A DNA stretch of 64,000 bases from Octopus sinensis (taxonomy: Eukaryota): assembly GCF_006345805.1 (NCBI RefSeq), contig NC_043001.1, forward strand, positions 27,156,001-27,220,000. The letters run 5' to 3'. The position numbers were made by a program, and so were the translations under genes. Under the pieces are notes generated by a model. The model ran no database searches and was not told the DNA's origin. It worked only from the letters and a program-made list of their open reading frames with translations. Of this stretch, positions 36,552 to 50,526 are shown piece by piece; position 1 is the first letter of the stretch; each line of letters starts with the position of its first letter.

Positions 36552-36991
36552 TGGCCATGCTAGAGCACTGCCTTTAGTCGAGCAAATCGACCCCCAGGAC
36601 TTATTCTTTGTAAGCCTAGTACTTATTCTATTGGTCTTTTTTGCCGAACTGCTAAGTTACGGGGACGTAAGCACACCAGCATCGGTTGTCAAGCGATGTT
36701 GGGGGGGGGGGTGCAAACACAGACACAAAAACACAGACACACAAATATATATATAGTTAAAGTTAATCCAAACATGAAAACACAAAAACGCGAGGGCGTG
36801 GAACAAATATAGTGTTATTGAATGCTCAGGAAAAAAAGAAAGAAGGAGGATTTAACGTTTCGAGCGGAGCTCTTCGTCAGACACATAGGAAAAGGAAAGA
36901 TCCAAGGAAGGGAAGACAGAGGGAAAAAAATTGCCAACGATACACACACGGTCACATTTTGAATGACCGGAGGGAATAGGTGAAGAAAAAA

Positions 36992-37039
<48 letters not shown>

Positions 37040-37229
37040 ATATATATATATATATACATGTATATGATGGGCTTCTTTTAGTCTCCGTCTACCAAATCCA
37101 CTCACAAAGCTTTGGTCAACCCGAGGCTATAGCAGAAGACACTTGCCCAAGGTTCCACGCAGTGGAACTGAACCCGGAACCATGTGATTGGTAAACAAGC
37201 TACTTACCACACAGCCACTCCTACGCCTA
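36552..37229 (-). mobile_element. SINE family C with a PLE terminal repeat (36745-36990) inserted in its microsatellite
   Basis: Family-C tail and head flank the insert. Confidence 0.85.
36850..36884 (-). ncRNA. Minimal hammerhead-like motif with intact canonical core
   Basis: GTGT-CTGACGA-A-GAGC-TCC-GCTC-GAAA-CG-TT-AAAT. Stem I is weak in this copy. Confidence 0.5.
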
Positions 37230-37682
37230 TTTGACTAATGTTCTTTAAGGCAGTGCCCCAGCATGACCACAGTCTAATGACTGAAGATAAACGACTCCTC
37301 CAAACACTTTATCATGAAATAGATACACTTGATCATGAAGTAAACACTCACATAAACCTATTGTAATTCATCGTAGTAACATCAGCGATAACAACAATGA
37401 AAAATGACAACAAAGTAAAGAGGAGGATGTTAGCAATAAATAAGGGCTTCACAAAATTGTTAAGACAGGTCCCCTTGCTGTATATGAAAAACTTGTATGA
37501 TTAATAAATTGAATAAACAGGATGTGATTATATATTCTTTGGTGTGTCTCTAGCTGTCTTGAGGCACAGATTAGGGATTATTGGGTGTTGGTTGTTTGTG
37601 CATGTTATTATAAGTGTGAGGCCCAAACATGTGAATCTGTAGATACAGAAAGATATACATACATATGAGTATACATACATTC

Positions 37683-37763
<81 letters not shown>

Positions 37764-37899
37764 TAAATATATGTGTGCGTGTGTTTATATATATACATAT
37801 ATATTTATAAATAAACATCTATATATGCATAGACACACACACACACACATGAACTATCCAACCCATGCCATAATGTTACACAATATATTATGATAGTGA

Positions 37900-37959
<60 letters not shown>

Positions 37960-38598
37960 CCTCACTTCACACACACCTTCATATACATTGCTAAACTATT
38001 TTGAAATTCTATCTTTCATTTGCTTTATAGATAAACATGTTTCTTATTTCAGGGTATGTATATTCACATCTATAAGTTCATAAAACCCCATCATAAAAAA
38101 CTGTCCTCTTGAGTTATGCACCCATGTATACATACACAGACATAAACATACTTAAACTCATACATGCCCCATGTAGTAAATAGTCTTTTGTGTATGACCT
38201 AAAAACAATGTTTGTATCAAATTGCTGATGCTGAAATCTTTACAGATGAGAGTAGCAATATTGTCCTCATTTTAGATTTAACAAACAAAAAAAACAAAAA
38301 GAAAGAAAGAAAAAGGAACGAACAAAACATTCAGAAGAAGAAAATGAAGTCACCAGATAAGAAAGAAAAAAAAGTTAACAGTTTGTTGGTGATGGTGACA
38401 GTGACAGCATAGAAGTAAGTTGGAGGGGAGAAGTGGCTCACTTGACAATTGTCATCAGGGAGACTGAAGCTTAAATGTATTCTGGCCTCTCCTTTGTTAA
38501 CAACCATCACAAAACACAATCACCCTCCCCTTCACTCTCATCACAAATTCAGAAATATTTTTTTACTTTAAAGTCAGTTAGATGTTTACTGGTAACAG

Positions 38599-38674
38599 GA
38601 TGAAGTTACCAATTTTTATTCTTGTAATTCTTGTATTTGCATTGTGGCTGGATGAAATAGAAGCCAAGAAACAG
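38599..38674 (+). CDS. Micro-exon gene, first coding exon: signal peptide MKLPIFILVILVFALWLDEIEA + KKQ (ATG at 38600)
   Basis: TAACAG|G ATG ... CAG|GTAAGT. Basic n-region, 13-15-residue hydrophobic h-region, I-E-A cleavage motif. Phase-0 donor. Confidence 0.85.
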
Positions 38675-38924
38675 GTAAGTGATTGGAAGAATGTGTTCTA
38701 GAAGCAAAAAATATTATTAGTTGTAATGACAATGATGATGATGATGATGATGATGATGATGTGATTGGTAAATATCTTTGGTCAAATGTGATGTCTTTGA
38801 ATTTCTAATTTTTTCAAAATTATTTCTGTTCTGTAGTTTATTCTGTTGTACTTTATCACCCTTTCCATTCCATTTTGCTTTGTTGTTCTTTTTATGCAAC
38901 ATTTAAGGAAAAAAAATAATGACA

Positions 38925-39492
<568 letters not shown>

Positions 39493-39610
39493 CAATAAAT
39501 ATGTGAAAATACACAAAAACATTAAGAGAATTATAGTAATCTTTTAAGACAAATTAAAGAAACAAAAAAATTCTGTAATAATTCATTTAGATGCATCAAA
39601 CTATATATTA

Positions 39611-40114
39611 CATGGAAAAATGCAAGCTTAAAATGTAATATTCTTAAGATTATAAACCTGGAAAAGTACAGGACAAGTTATTGTACCTGTAAAAGTATAG
39701 GACAAGCTATTATTTCTAGTAAATAAAGAATAAGAAACTTTCTACTTAAAATATTGCAGTAAAGAATGCCAGTTCTAATTTATCATGCTTTAACAGTTCT
39801 CATCTTTTAAATTCATTGTACAAAACTGTTCAGCTAATTTGTAAGTTTGTCTAATTAATTTCTGTATTTAAGGTAGTAAATTAGTCAAATTTTACTTAAA
39901 TAAGTACAGTGTTATTTGTAAACTATAATAAAATAAGTTTTAATATTCAAATTTTAATTTTAGCTGCAGCTGCAATATTTTAAGTTTCTTATTCTTTACT
40001 TTACTAGAAGTAATAGCTTGTCCTATACTTTTACAGGTGTAACAACTTGTGTTGTGTACTTTTCCAGGTTTATCATCTTAAGAATATTACTTTTCATGCT
40101 TACATTTTTCCAGG
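39611..40114. repeat. Foldback element: about 150-bp inverted arms (39611-39759, 39970-40114) with a 210-bp spacer
   Basis: Arms align as reverse complements. Confidence 0.85.
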
Positions 40115-41435
40115 CATTGCTGTTATAAGATAATAATGTGTCAATTAATAATTTAAGATTTTACCTTGTAAAAATACTGAAAGATAATATTTCAATTTTT
40201 CCATGTAAGTGATGATAATATTTCAATTTTTTTCGTGTTTAATTTAAATATATGTTGTGATTGAATTATTTGATATTACCCATCCACACCAAATTAATGG
40301 CAGAGATTTTTACCATGTTGTGGATTGCACCATGGCTCACCAAAGGTTACAAACAAGATCCCAGAACCATCAGTTACCAGGCTCACCTTAAGTAACCTAA
40401 TTTTGCAATATTAAGAGGTCACAGGAATTCGTTCAACAAAAAAAAACATTTCCAATGATTCCAGGAATAGTGGGAGGACCCCCACCTCATTTTATCCATA
40501 CCAAAATAAGGGATTTGCAGCATATTATGAGGTCAGGGTACTTGATTCCATGCAAAAAATCAAATTTCCTGTTTTTTTTTTTCTTAGTGAAAATCATGCA
40601 GGTGTTTATATAGAAATTTACCATAATGTTGTTGTTATTTAGCTCCAAATCAACTCTGATACTTCAAACCTATCATCAAAGACATCCCAGCCTTCGGCAA
40701 ACCATCTTTTTAGGGATAATCTAGGACATTGCATACAATGGATGTGATTTAGATAGGGGGATACTTTGTCTGCTATTTTTAGCATGTCGAGGGACCAGGC
40801 AGAGGTTCTTTCGTTGGTTTGATTGCATGATGATATTTTTTTACACATATATGTAATATGTATATATACCATTGGCAGAAGTTAGAGAGTAAGTCAAAAG
40901 CTGAGAGTTTCGTGTATTGGCACTCATCAAACACAAATTTGTCCATTGTCACTCTGTAACTTCTGACAAAATAACTTCTAAAATACAAAATTTTGTCAAA
41001 ACATTAAGAATTAACCCTGTTCTATGTGTCAAATTCTACCAGTATCAGAAGTTTGAAAGTGATTAATTAAAAAAAATTAATTAAATAATTTGTACGTCAA
41101 AGTCGACCTCAGCAAAATTTGAACTCAAGAATATAAAGTCAGACGAAATACTGGTAAGTATTTCATGCAGCACTCTAAAACTATTAACAGTTTACAATTT
41201 AGTTGAGAAGTGAATTAGTGGTGAAGCTTGGAAGCTGCTACAATTGATGAAATGATGGACTTAAGAATATATTCAACCATCACCGTGGTTGAATGATCAG
41301 CCACTACCATGGTTGAATGATATATTTATGTACACACACACACACACACACATTACATACATATTTACATACATATATACATAGGTACATACATATATAC
41401 ATACATAGATATATAATAAATATCTAATTATAACC

Positions 41436-41845
41436 CATGCCAACCCCCTTTGCTTGCGAAGACATGTTGGGGCAAGCGAAATCGAAATCGAATTGAACCA
41501 GCCAGGATCCCTGGTCTGGTGGTACGTAAAAAGCACTATCCGACTCGTGGCCAATGCCAGTGCCGCCTCGACTGGCTTCCGTGCCGGTGGCACATAAAAT
41601 ACACTAATCTGACCGTGGCCGTTGCCAGCCTCGCCTGGCACCTGTGCAGGTGGCACGTAAAAAGCACCCACTACACTCACGGAGTGGTTGGCGTTAGGAA
41701 GGGCATCCAGCTGTAGAAACATTGCCAGATAAGACTGGAGCCTGGTGCAGCCTTCTGGCTTCCCAGATCCCCAGTCGAACCGTCCAACCCATGCTAGCAT
41801 GGAGAACGGACGTTAAACGATGATGATGATGATGATGATGATGAT
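41436..41845 (+). mobile_element. RTE-LINE 3' end with (GAT)n tail
   Basis: GGCACGTAAAAAGCACC repeats, GGCGTTAGGAAGGGCATCCAGCTGTAGAAAC, and CATGCTAGCATGGAGAACGGACGTTAAACGATGATG tail. Confidence 0.85.
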
Positions 41846-42016
41846 ATATATATATATGTCATTGTTCAGTTTTATTTCAATATTTTTTGCTGATAGAGAA
41901 AGAGCCAGTTTCTAACTTAGATCCAAAGCTCCTTTCAACATCAGCAACAGGGTATTTTTGTTTGTTTGTTTGTTTGTGTGCATATATGTATGCATGCATG
42001 CATGTATGTATGTATG

Positions 42017-42050
<34 letters not shown>

Positions 42051-43314
42051 TGTATGTATGTATGTATGTTTGTATGTATGTATGTATGTATGTATGTACC
42101 TTTTTTGACTAACCTGAGGAATTGAAGGTTTGTCTTCTCATACTAAAACTATAAATATTAAACATCTGATTGAAAAAGCAAATAATTTCTAATTCAATAT
42201 AAAATTGCTGATTTGGTTAAAAGTTTTTTAATGTTTTTATGTATTTGTCAGAGAGTAAATCAATGCCTTTTTTATCGTCTCTGTCTTTTGAGATAAAGAG
42301 AGGCAGTTACTTTCTGATCAGAAACCAGGCCTAAATGCTTGAAACAGAGTAGATTCCACCAAAAGCACCCAAGGACAAGTGGTGGTGTTAAAACAAGATA
42401 CATATAGTGTCTTAGCCTCAGGCTAATGAAAGCCTTGTGATTGGATTTGGTAGACAGAAACTGAAAGGAACCTGTCATAGATATATAAATATATCTATGT
42501 GTTCCTTTGTGTTTGTGTTTTTTCCCACCACTACTTGGCAACTGGTGTTGATGTGTTTATGTCTCTATAACTTAGCAGTTCAGCAAATTGAGAGAGATAG
42601 AATAAGTATTAGACTTAAGTAAAAAAAATACTGGAGTCAACAATTTGTTTGACAAAAATTCTTCAAGGTAGCACTACAGCCTTGTCTGTCTTTATGTTCT
42701 GAGTTCAAATTCTGCTGAGGTCGATTTTGCCTTTTATCCTTTCGGGGTCTATAAATACTGGGATCGATCTAATCAACTGGTCCCCTCTCTAAAAATTTTG
42801 GGCCTTGTGTCTAGAGTTGAAAAGAAAAGATAAGAAGTAAACATGCAGCACACAAAGACTTGAATAGTCTCTCCAATGCAGCTTCTGTCTATCAAATTTC
42901 AAAGACTATGACAAAAAAAAAGTCGACTTATCCAAAGTAACATGCAGTGTAATTGAACCTAAGACTACAGTTATAAAACACACTTATTAACCATACAGCC
43001 ATGACTGTTCTAAAAAGTCTGCATCAAATGTATGAAATTCAATCTGTTATCCAGTAAATATCTAATATTCTAATGTTACAAAGCACAATCCGTGCCAAAG
43101 TCAAGTTTTCAACCTCTCTCTATATCTTTTAACTTCTTTCAATGATTAGACCGCAGCCGTACTGAGACACTGCTTGGAAGAATTTTAGTCAAACAAATCA
43201 ACCCCAGTACCTATTTTTTTAGAAACCTGGTACTTGTTTCATTGGTTTATTTGCTGAACTGATAAGTTACAGGGACATAAACACAATAACACTACTTGTC
43301 AAGCAGAGGTGGGA

Positions 43315-43391
<77 letters not shown>

Positions 43392-43399
43392 GTGTGGCT

Positions 43400-43586
43400 C
43401 ATAGGTGCAGGCTGGCTGTGTAGTTCCAGGTTCAGTCCCACTGTGTGGCACCTTTGGCAAGTGTCTTCTACTGTAGCCTTAGGCCAACCAATGCCTTGTG
43501 AGTGGATTTGGCTGATGGGAACTGGAAGAACCCTGTCATACATACATACATACATACATACATACATACATACATACATACATGCA

Positions 43587-43617
<31 letters not shown>

Positions 43618-43653
43618 GTACATACATACATACATACATACATACATACATAC

Positions 43654-43689
<36 letters not shown>

Positions 43690-44042
43690 CCAAGAAAGAG
43701 AGAACATTTCAAAGCGTTGGAATACTCCACAGCATACATAGGTGCATTCATATACATAATGTATAATATAAAAATTTATAAACACACACACACACACATA
43801 TATACACACACACATATTTATGTGTGCATTTGTCTTTCTTTCTGTGTTTGTCCTCCACCACCAATTGAAAATTGGTGTTGGTGTATCTACATCCTCATAC
43901 TTAGCAGTTCAGCAAAAGAGTTGAATAAAATAAATACCAGGCTAAAAAAATAAAGTAAGTTCTAGGGTCGATGTGTTTGACTACAATTCTTCAAGGTAGT
44001 GCTCTAGCATGGTCGCAGTCTAATGACTGAAACAAATAAAAG
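43400..44042 (+). mobile_element. SINE family C with an expanded internal (ATAC)n/(TA)n tract
   Basis: Family-C core at about 43430-43535 and tail at about 43835-44042. Confidence 0.8.
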
Positions 44043-44136
44043 CAATAATAAATGATATATAATTTGTATTAATATTTTGAATCAGAATTGCAGAGGTCAG
44101 GAAAACACTCTGTATCATTTGGTTTTCTTGCTTTAA

Positions 44137-44481
44137 AGGGATCTTTACTTTTTGACTGACAGATTTTTAAAATAATTTTTAGTAACTGAGATGAAATATG
44201 TCATAAATAACAGTGACAAACAAAATATACACCACCGGAAGTTGTTGTTGACAAATAACAGCAGTTATTTTATTCAGCTGAATATACGTCATTGATTGGT
44301 TGAAATTACCGAAATACGACAACTTTAACAAGAAATAACTTCCAAAATACAGAATTTTCTCAACAACGCCAAGAGTAAAAGATGTTTTATGTGACACATT
44401 CTACCAATATACGAAGTTTGAAAGTGTTTAGTTACAAAGAATTATTTTTTAAATCTGTCAGCCAAAAGGTAAAGATCCCTT
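44137..44481. mobile_element. MITE with AGGGATCTTTAC TIRs and TTAA-like flanks (Kolobok-like)
   Basis: About 30-bp TIRs. Internal homology to 19811-20240. Confidence 0.75.
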
Positions 44482-45479
44482 TTAAGTAACAATGCTTTCA
44501 TAGCTTCTAGATAAAGCAAACTCCCGTTGGATGATGAGTAAGTTTTTATTTCATTGGCTGGTTCACATCATGTGATGGTATTTGTTATTGTTGACTGTTG
44601 TTGGCTGCTAGCAGATTAGGCTGACTATGGAATGTTACCGGATTATGGTGTGAATGGATGCTGGTGAGTGATGGGTGAGTGTGCAGAAATTTCCTTTGCT
44701 CTGGCTAGAGATCCTGGAATTGATCTCAAATTTTGGTACAAGGCCCACAGTTTCAGGGGAGGGCATAAATTGATTACATCAACCCCAATGTTCAACTGGT
44801 ACCTATTTTATCAACCTTTAGAAGCAAAGTCAACCTTGGCAGAATTTTAACTCAGAAGGTGAAGACAGACAAAATGCCTGTTATGCTAACAATTCTGCCA
44901 GTTCACCACCTTAAGAGATCCTAGTATTACAAGTAAAATTAGTTGAGGACTATAGAAATTTATGCAGTAATCAGTTACGATTTATGGAAGATATCAGGGT
45001 CTGTCATGAATCCAAGAACTCATAATTTGGACATTTGATCTGGTGACAATGGCATGTAAGTGATCTCAATCACAATACTCCCTTCCCCACTACACTGAAT
45101 GGGACATCTGTCTGTCAGACGGTCAACTCCCCAACTATTGCTGGAACTTATTTTAGTGCTGAGTAGACTGAAGTAATGTGAATTGACTGATCACAATACA
45201 CTGCTTGATCGAGGAAACGAAACCATGATCTTACAATCATGGATGCAACAGCTTAATCACAAGGCCTTAACTATGGAAGATATTAACGATGAACAACCTG
45301 CAGTTAGTCTCATTGTTGGCAGTAGGAAGAGCATTCAGATCTTGTATAGACATAGTTGGAAGGGTGTTGATATATGTAAGGCAAACACTTGTGAATAAAT
45401 ATTAACATTAATGGTTTTAAGCTAGCCAGCAGTGAGCCCTGCTTCTTGCAGCAGAATGGGTTTTGTAGTTGTTGTTGTT

Positions 45480-46620
45480 GCTGTTAAATGACATGATACT
45501 GCTAGTTGTTGCAATATGTGCAATTTTTGCTGAAACAAAGATGACAACTGTGCATTCCAAAATTGGAGGTGTGTTGCTTTGCGTGCCCTAGGTTATACTG
45601 GGTTTATTCCTAATCAGCTCAGTATAACATAGATCACTTTCTTGGTTCTGAAGAATTTCCTGATGTCAGAGTCTCTAGATAAAACAGAGTAGGGAAGAAG
45701 AGTTTCTTTTGTTCCTAGACTTGAAGATGTAAAAATGCTTGATAAACCTTCCTTTAAATTCATTTGCTGCAAGTTCTGTTTAGTACCTTAGATTATCATC
45801 AGGTGGAGTGAGAGTCACCCTACAAACCATTACTTGGTAAGGCAAAATTCCTCTCACTATAAAGTGGTTTGATTTAAGTATATGTATATGAGTCCTTGGA
45901 GTAAGTGTTATGTAGGTGTACATTTTTTTCCAGTGTATAATATTAGATGAGACATTATCTAGGCTAGAGTAGATCACCTTAACTTTTTGCACATTAAAAA
46001 GTCATACTTTTCTCTTCTTAACTCTCATCAGAGATGAGGTTGGGAATTAAATCCACTTCTTACTAATGCTTCATCATAATGGGATAAGAAAAAATCTGAG
46101 ACATAGCAACAGAAGTATTGATACTAGCTACAAAATATCTAATTATAGCAGGGGTATGTTGGAATTCTTATTAATACACACAGTTCCACGTTAGAATTTC
46201 TACTATTTGTCTCTCCTAAGGTTTATTGTCACTATTTTTCTGTTCTAAGGTTAATGTCCAAAAAATCAGCTGTGGTTACTTTGGCTGTGGTGATTATATT
46301 TAAACCAAACTTCTTGAAAATTCCTGTTAGTGCCTTCCTAAATTTATCCATAACAAATGTTATTTAAGGTTGCCAGACTATCATCTCACTAAAAGCCTGA
46401 ATATAGGGTATGGATGTCCACTATTAAAACATATCCTGATTAAATAATCCAAAAAACTTTGTAACTTAATCTTCATTTTAACTCCCTATGTAGGTGTCAA
46501 ATGATAGGTCACCTTACTTTTTGGCTCAGTGTAAGTCATCATATACAAGAGTGACATTTTAACATTCTATATTATTTAAATGCTGTGGTTGCTATATCCA
46601 GTATTTCCTCCCAAAATCTT
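45480..46620 (-). pseudogene. Decayed Penelope-like element (RT C-terminal region plus GIY-YIG)
   Basis: Minus-strand fragments KALTGIFKKFGLNII...DFLDINL, EALVRSGF, FKGRFIKH...SS and SCHLCFSK, in PLE order. Many stops. Confidence 0.6.
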
Positions 46621-47374
46621 GAGCAATCAGAAGTGGGGTTTCTGATATAGCAGATATAGAACCGGGTAATTTTACAGATGACATTTTCTCTCAGTATTGT
46701 TGGACCAGTTGATGACAATGATATTACAGTTCTGTTAGATTAATTCAATGACCCTTTTGATATCAGAATTGACAATACTGAGGATCTACTTATTGTATCC
46801 ATCTCACTTCTAGAAGTGTTAATTAGCCTGATTGTAGGGTTTTGAACATTAAAATATTTGATTAACAAATTTTCCATACCAATATCACTGTGACATGCTT
46901 AAGTGATAACCAACACCATCCCATTATAAACAGCTGAAAAACAACAAAAAACCTCCCAGTTAACTAAACCTTATCACTTACTTTCTTTTGGGAACCCTTG
47001 AATACCAGTCGCATAAAAACTGACATACAAAGTAATACACCTTAATACCAAGGTCAAAACACTGGAATGAACTCTAAGATTAACTTCTCATTCTCAATAC
47101 AAAAGGCAAATGTCCCATTAATACCTAAACAAAGCCAACAACAACCAACTCAAATGAAAGTTCTGCTGTCCAACAACCTAACTACATTCGTTTGTGAACA
47201 CTTATGATCTGAAGATGAAACACCTAAACATACACACCTAATTACAAAACTCTACAGGCATAAATAAATTCTAGCAATTAGCATTTCCCCAAATTTATCA
47301 ATAAAAATCCTCCATATCAATTTGCCACCACAACCTTGTATACAACAAAATTGCCACTCAACAGACTCATGAAA

Positions 47375-47803
47375 TCACCTCAATTCCCAGAATTGATGTG
47401 GTTTCATGGCAAAGAATTCATCAAGGTATCTTTTTATGTCATCCAAGGAATCGAAATTTTTACCATTAAGACTATTCTGCAGAGACCTGAATAAGTGGAG
47501 ATTTGAAGGAGCAATATCTAGTGAATATGGAGGGTGGGGTAATCCATCCTAGCTGAGCTGCAGCAATTTTTGTCTGGTTCCCAAAGCATCAAGTGCCGAA
47601 AATGAACTTTCTTATCTTCCATTTTAAAGGGTTACAGAATTAACACAGGTTATAGGAGCATAAACCTTCTTCCACTAAAAGATAGCTTAAACTGTGCTCT
47701 AAATGGAGGTGTAGTCAAATCTTATTTTATGGACTCAACCATGTTCTAAAATAAGTCAAAAGGTAAGCTACTATAAATCAGCACAAACTTTCCGGACAAC
47801 CCA

Positions 47804-47804
<1 letters not shown>
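47375..47804 (-). mobile_element. Internally deleted mariner remnant with 5' TIR
   Basis: LPHPPYSLDIAPSNLHLFRSLQNSLNGKNF. TIR TTGGGTTGTCCGGAAAGTTTGTG with TA. Confidence 0.85.
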
Positions 47805-47836
<32 letters not shown>

Positions 47837-47866
47837 TGTATGTATGTATGTATGTATGTATGTATG

Positions 47867-47951
<85 letters not shown>

Positions 47952-47970
47952 GCATATGTATATATATATA

Positions 47971-48607
47971 TCATCATCATCATCATCATCATCGTTTAGC
48001 GTCCGCTTTCCATGCTAGCATGGGTTGGACGGGTCAACTGGGGTCTGTGAAGCTGGAAGGCTTCGTCAGGCCCAGTCAGATCTGGCAGTGTTTCTACGGC
48101 TGGATGCCTTCCTAACGCCAACCACTCCACGAGTGTAGTGGGTGTTTTTTACGTGCCACCTGCAGAGGTGCCAGACAGAGCTGGCGAACGGCCACGAACG
48201 GATGGTGCTTTTACGTGTCACCGGCACGGGGCCAGGCGATGCTGGCAACGGACACGAACGGATGGTGCTTTTACGTGCCACCGACACGGGGCCAGACAGA
48301 GCTGGCAAACGGCCATGAACGGACGGTGCTTTTACGTGTCACCGGCACGGGGGCCAGCCGAGGCTGGCAATGGACGCGAACGGATGGTGCTTTTATGTGC
48401 CACTGACACGGTTGCCAAACAGAGCTGGCAAACGGCCACGAGCGGACGGCACTTTTACGTGTCACCGGCACGGGGGCCAGCCGAGGCTGGCAACGGACAC
48501 AAACGGATGGTGCTTTTACGTGCCACCGACACGGGGCCAGGCAGAGCTGGCAAACGGCCACGAGCAAATGTGCTTTTACGTATCACCGGCACGGGTGCCA
48601 GACGAGG
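47971..48607 (-). mobile_element. RTE-LINE 3' end containing 8 tandem units of about 60 bp (48141-48607)
   Basis: Same tail as 41436-41845. Units delimited by TTTTACGTG. Confidence 0.9.
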
Positions 48608-48643
48608 CTGATATATATGTATGTATATATATATATATATATG

Positions 48644-48738
<95 letters not shown>

Positions 48739-48824
48739 AAGGGTGAAAAGGAACACACGAGTTGATATATATGAAAAAACAAGTCAAAATAGAAAATGCC
48801 AAAATAATTTTATAAAGAACATTT

Positions 48825-48862
48825 CAGTACCGGTTTCGGTCATTTTGAGACCTTTTCAACTG
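48825..48862 (-). ncRNA. Minimal type I hammerhead ribozyme, U3-A8 variant, in a PLE-like terminus (about 48730-48920)
   Basis: Minus strand CAG / TTGAAAA / GGTC-TCAAAAT-GACC / GAAA / CCGG / TA^ / CTG. Palindromic stem III ACCGGT. Abuts (TA)n. Confidence 0.7.
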
Positions 48863-49399
48863 TATCGATTAAATAATTAAATTTAGAAAAATTAGAAGAA
48901 AAGTTTTTTTAAAGGAATATTTGTATAGTGTTCAAATATAAGTGGCAGTCTGCCTTTCTCTGTCTCCCTTGTTTGCACGACCTCGAACACACAAGTCCAA
49001 CCCATGCTAACATGTAAAACGGACATTAAATGATGATGATGCTGCTGATGATGATGATGATATATATATATATATACTATATATACTAGCAGAGATACCC
49101 AGCATTTCTTGGGATTAAAATGGCATATATAATATATTACAGTTATGTTGAAACATGTGATACAGGAAAATGCAGTATTGATGACAAAACATTTGTGAAG
49201 TAAATGATGGGCTAATTTGCCCAAGCAACATGTCAAGCATCCATTTGGAGGATTTCAGGCTTAACCTGTCATGGAAAATTGGGCAGGGTTATGTAACTTT
49301 TGAACACACTGAAAAGCTGTCAGTGGATATACTCTCCTTTGCAGCTGTCAGCGTTGAGTCTCACATGACCCATTGTATGTCGACAGTTGAATGAATGTA

Positions 49400-50160
49400 G
49401 GTGTAATGGAGATATTGTACGTATATGAGTACCTTCTGGAAAGAGCCTGCAATGGGAGACAGCAATGGGGAAGTGAACTATTGAAGTGTTGCAGAAGGCG
49501 AAGAGTTGACATTGGATTGCTGGTGTGGTTGTAGAATAAGAAGCATAAACTGAGCTTATGCAGCCACATGAGAAAATTTAGTAATGAATTACTTGAAAAA
49601 TAAGGTGTAATGGCTTACTGTGTGGTTGGTGGGAGTAATTGGAGAATATGCTTTGATACTGAAATCCGTGCAAGAAACTGCTTTGTTGGTGCAGTCTTCA
49701 GGTTCGTTGGTATTATGCCAAAATGGTATCCATCTTCACAATTCACAAAGAACAGTGGATACTGGAGCACATCACAGGATGTAGTAATTCCTACAAAACC
49801 TTTTGGTATACAATATTCTATGTTTTCCCTTGTGGAACAAATGCAAATAGATCTTTTTTACTTCTCACTCTAGAATATCCAACATATAATTGCCCATGTG
49901 AGAAGCACAACTCTTCCAAGTTAAGTCCTACCACAGACAATGTTTAAGCCTGGATTTTATTGATAGACATTGCGAAGCTGATACAAATAGGAAATTGCAC
50001 CCTTCTGAATGAAAAAGGAATTTCTGCTCCTGATGGAATGAGAGGAATCTAGGGTATGAAAACATCCTCTCCTTTCCCACATCCAGAGAGAATGGTAGCC
50101 TCAATAACATGTGGCATCATGTAGCTAGTTCTACAAAAGCCTTCAACACATGAATCAAAT
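49400..50160 (+). pseudogene. Possible highly decayed RTE-type AP-endonuclease fragment
   Basis: Only the motif-like GSELL..RRRVDI and the general layout are recognisable. Confidence 0.3.
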
Positions 50161-50350
50161 CATATGTGTCGGCTTTCTGACAACTTACATTTATTCATTC
50201 AAATTCAAATCAACCCCAGTGTTCAGCTGGTACTAATTTTATCAATCTTGAAGAGATGAAAGGCAAAGTCAACCTCACACACACATATACAAATATATAT
50301 ATATATATATATATATCATCATCATCATCATCATTTAACGTCCGCTTTCC

Positions 50351-50412
<62 letters not shown>

Positions 50413-50485
50413 GTGTGTGGTGTGTGTGTGTATGTGTGTGCATGTTTATATATATACACACATATATATATATATAGATAGATAG

Positions 50486-50526
<41 letters not shown>

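Noticed and set aside
44504-44537. Extra exon candidate LLDKANSRWMM before GTAAGT
   Set aside because: Weak polypyrimidine tract next to a MITE end. 34 nt (phase 0 to 1) would break the frame of the downstream Cys exons.
45934-45968. TTTTTTCCAG|TGT... Cys-initiated exon candidate
   Set aside because: Lies within the antisense PLE remnant, has a poor donor (GTAGAT), and is not a multiple of 3.
48141-48607. CRISPR-like repeat/spacer array
   Set aside because: The spacers are homologous to each other, the array lies inside a LINE 3' UTR in eukaryotic DNA, and there are no cas genes.
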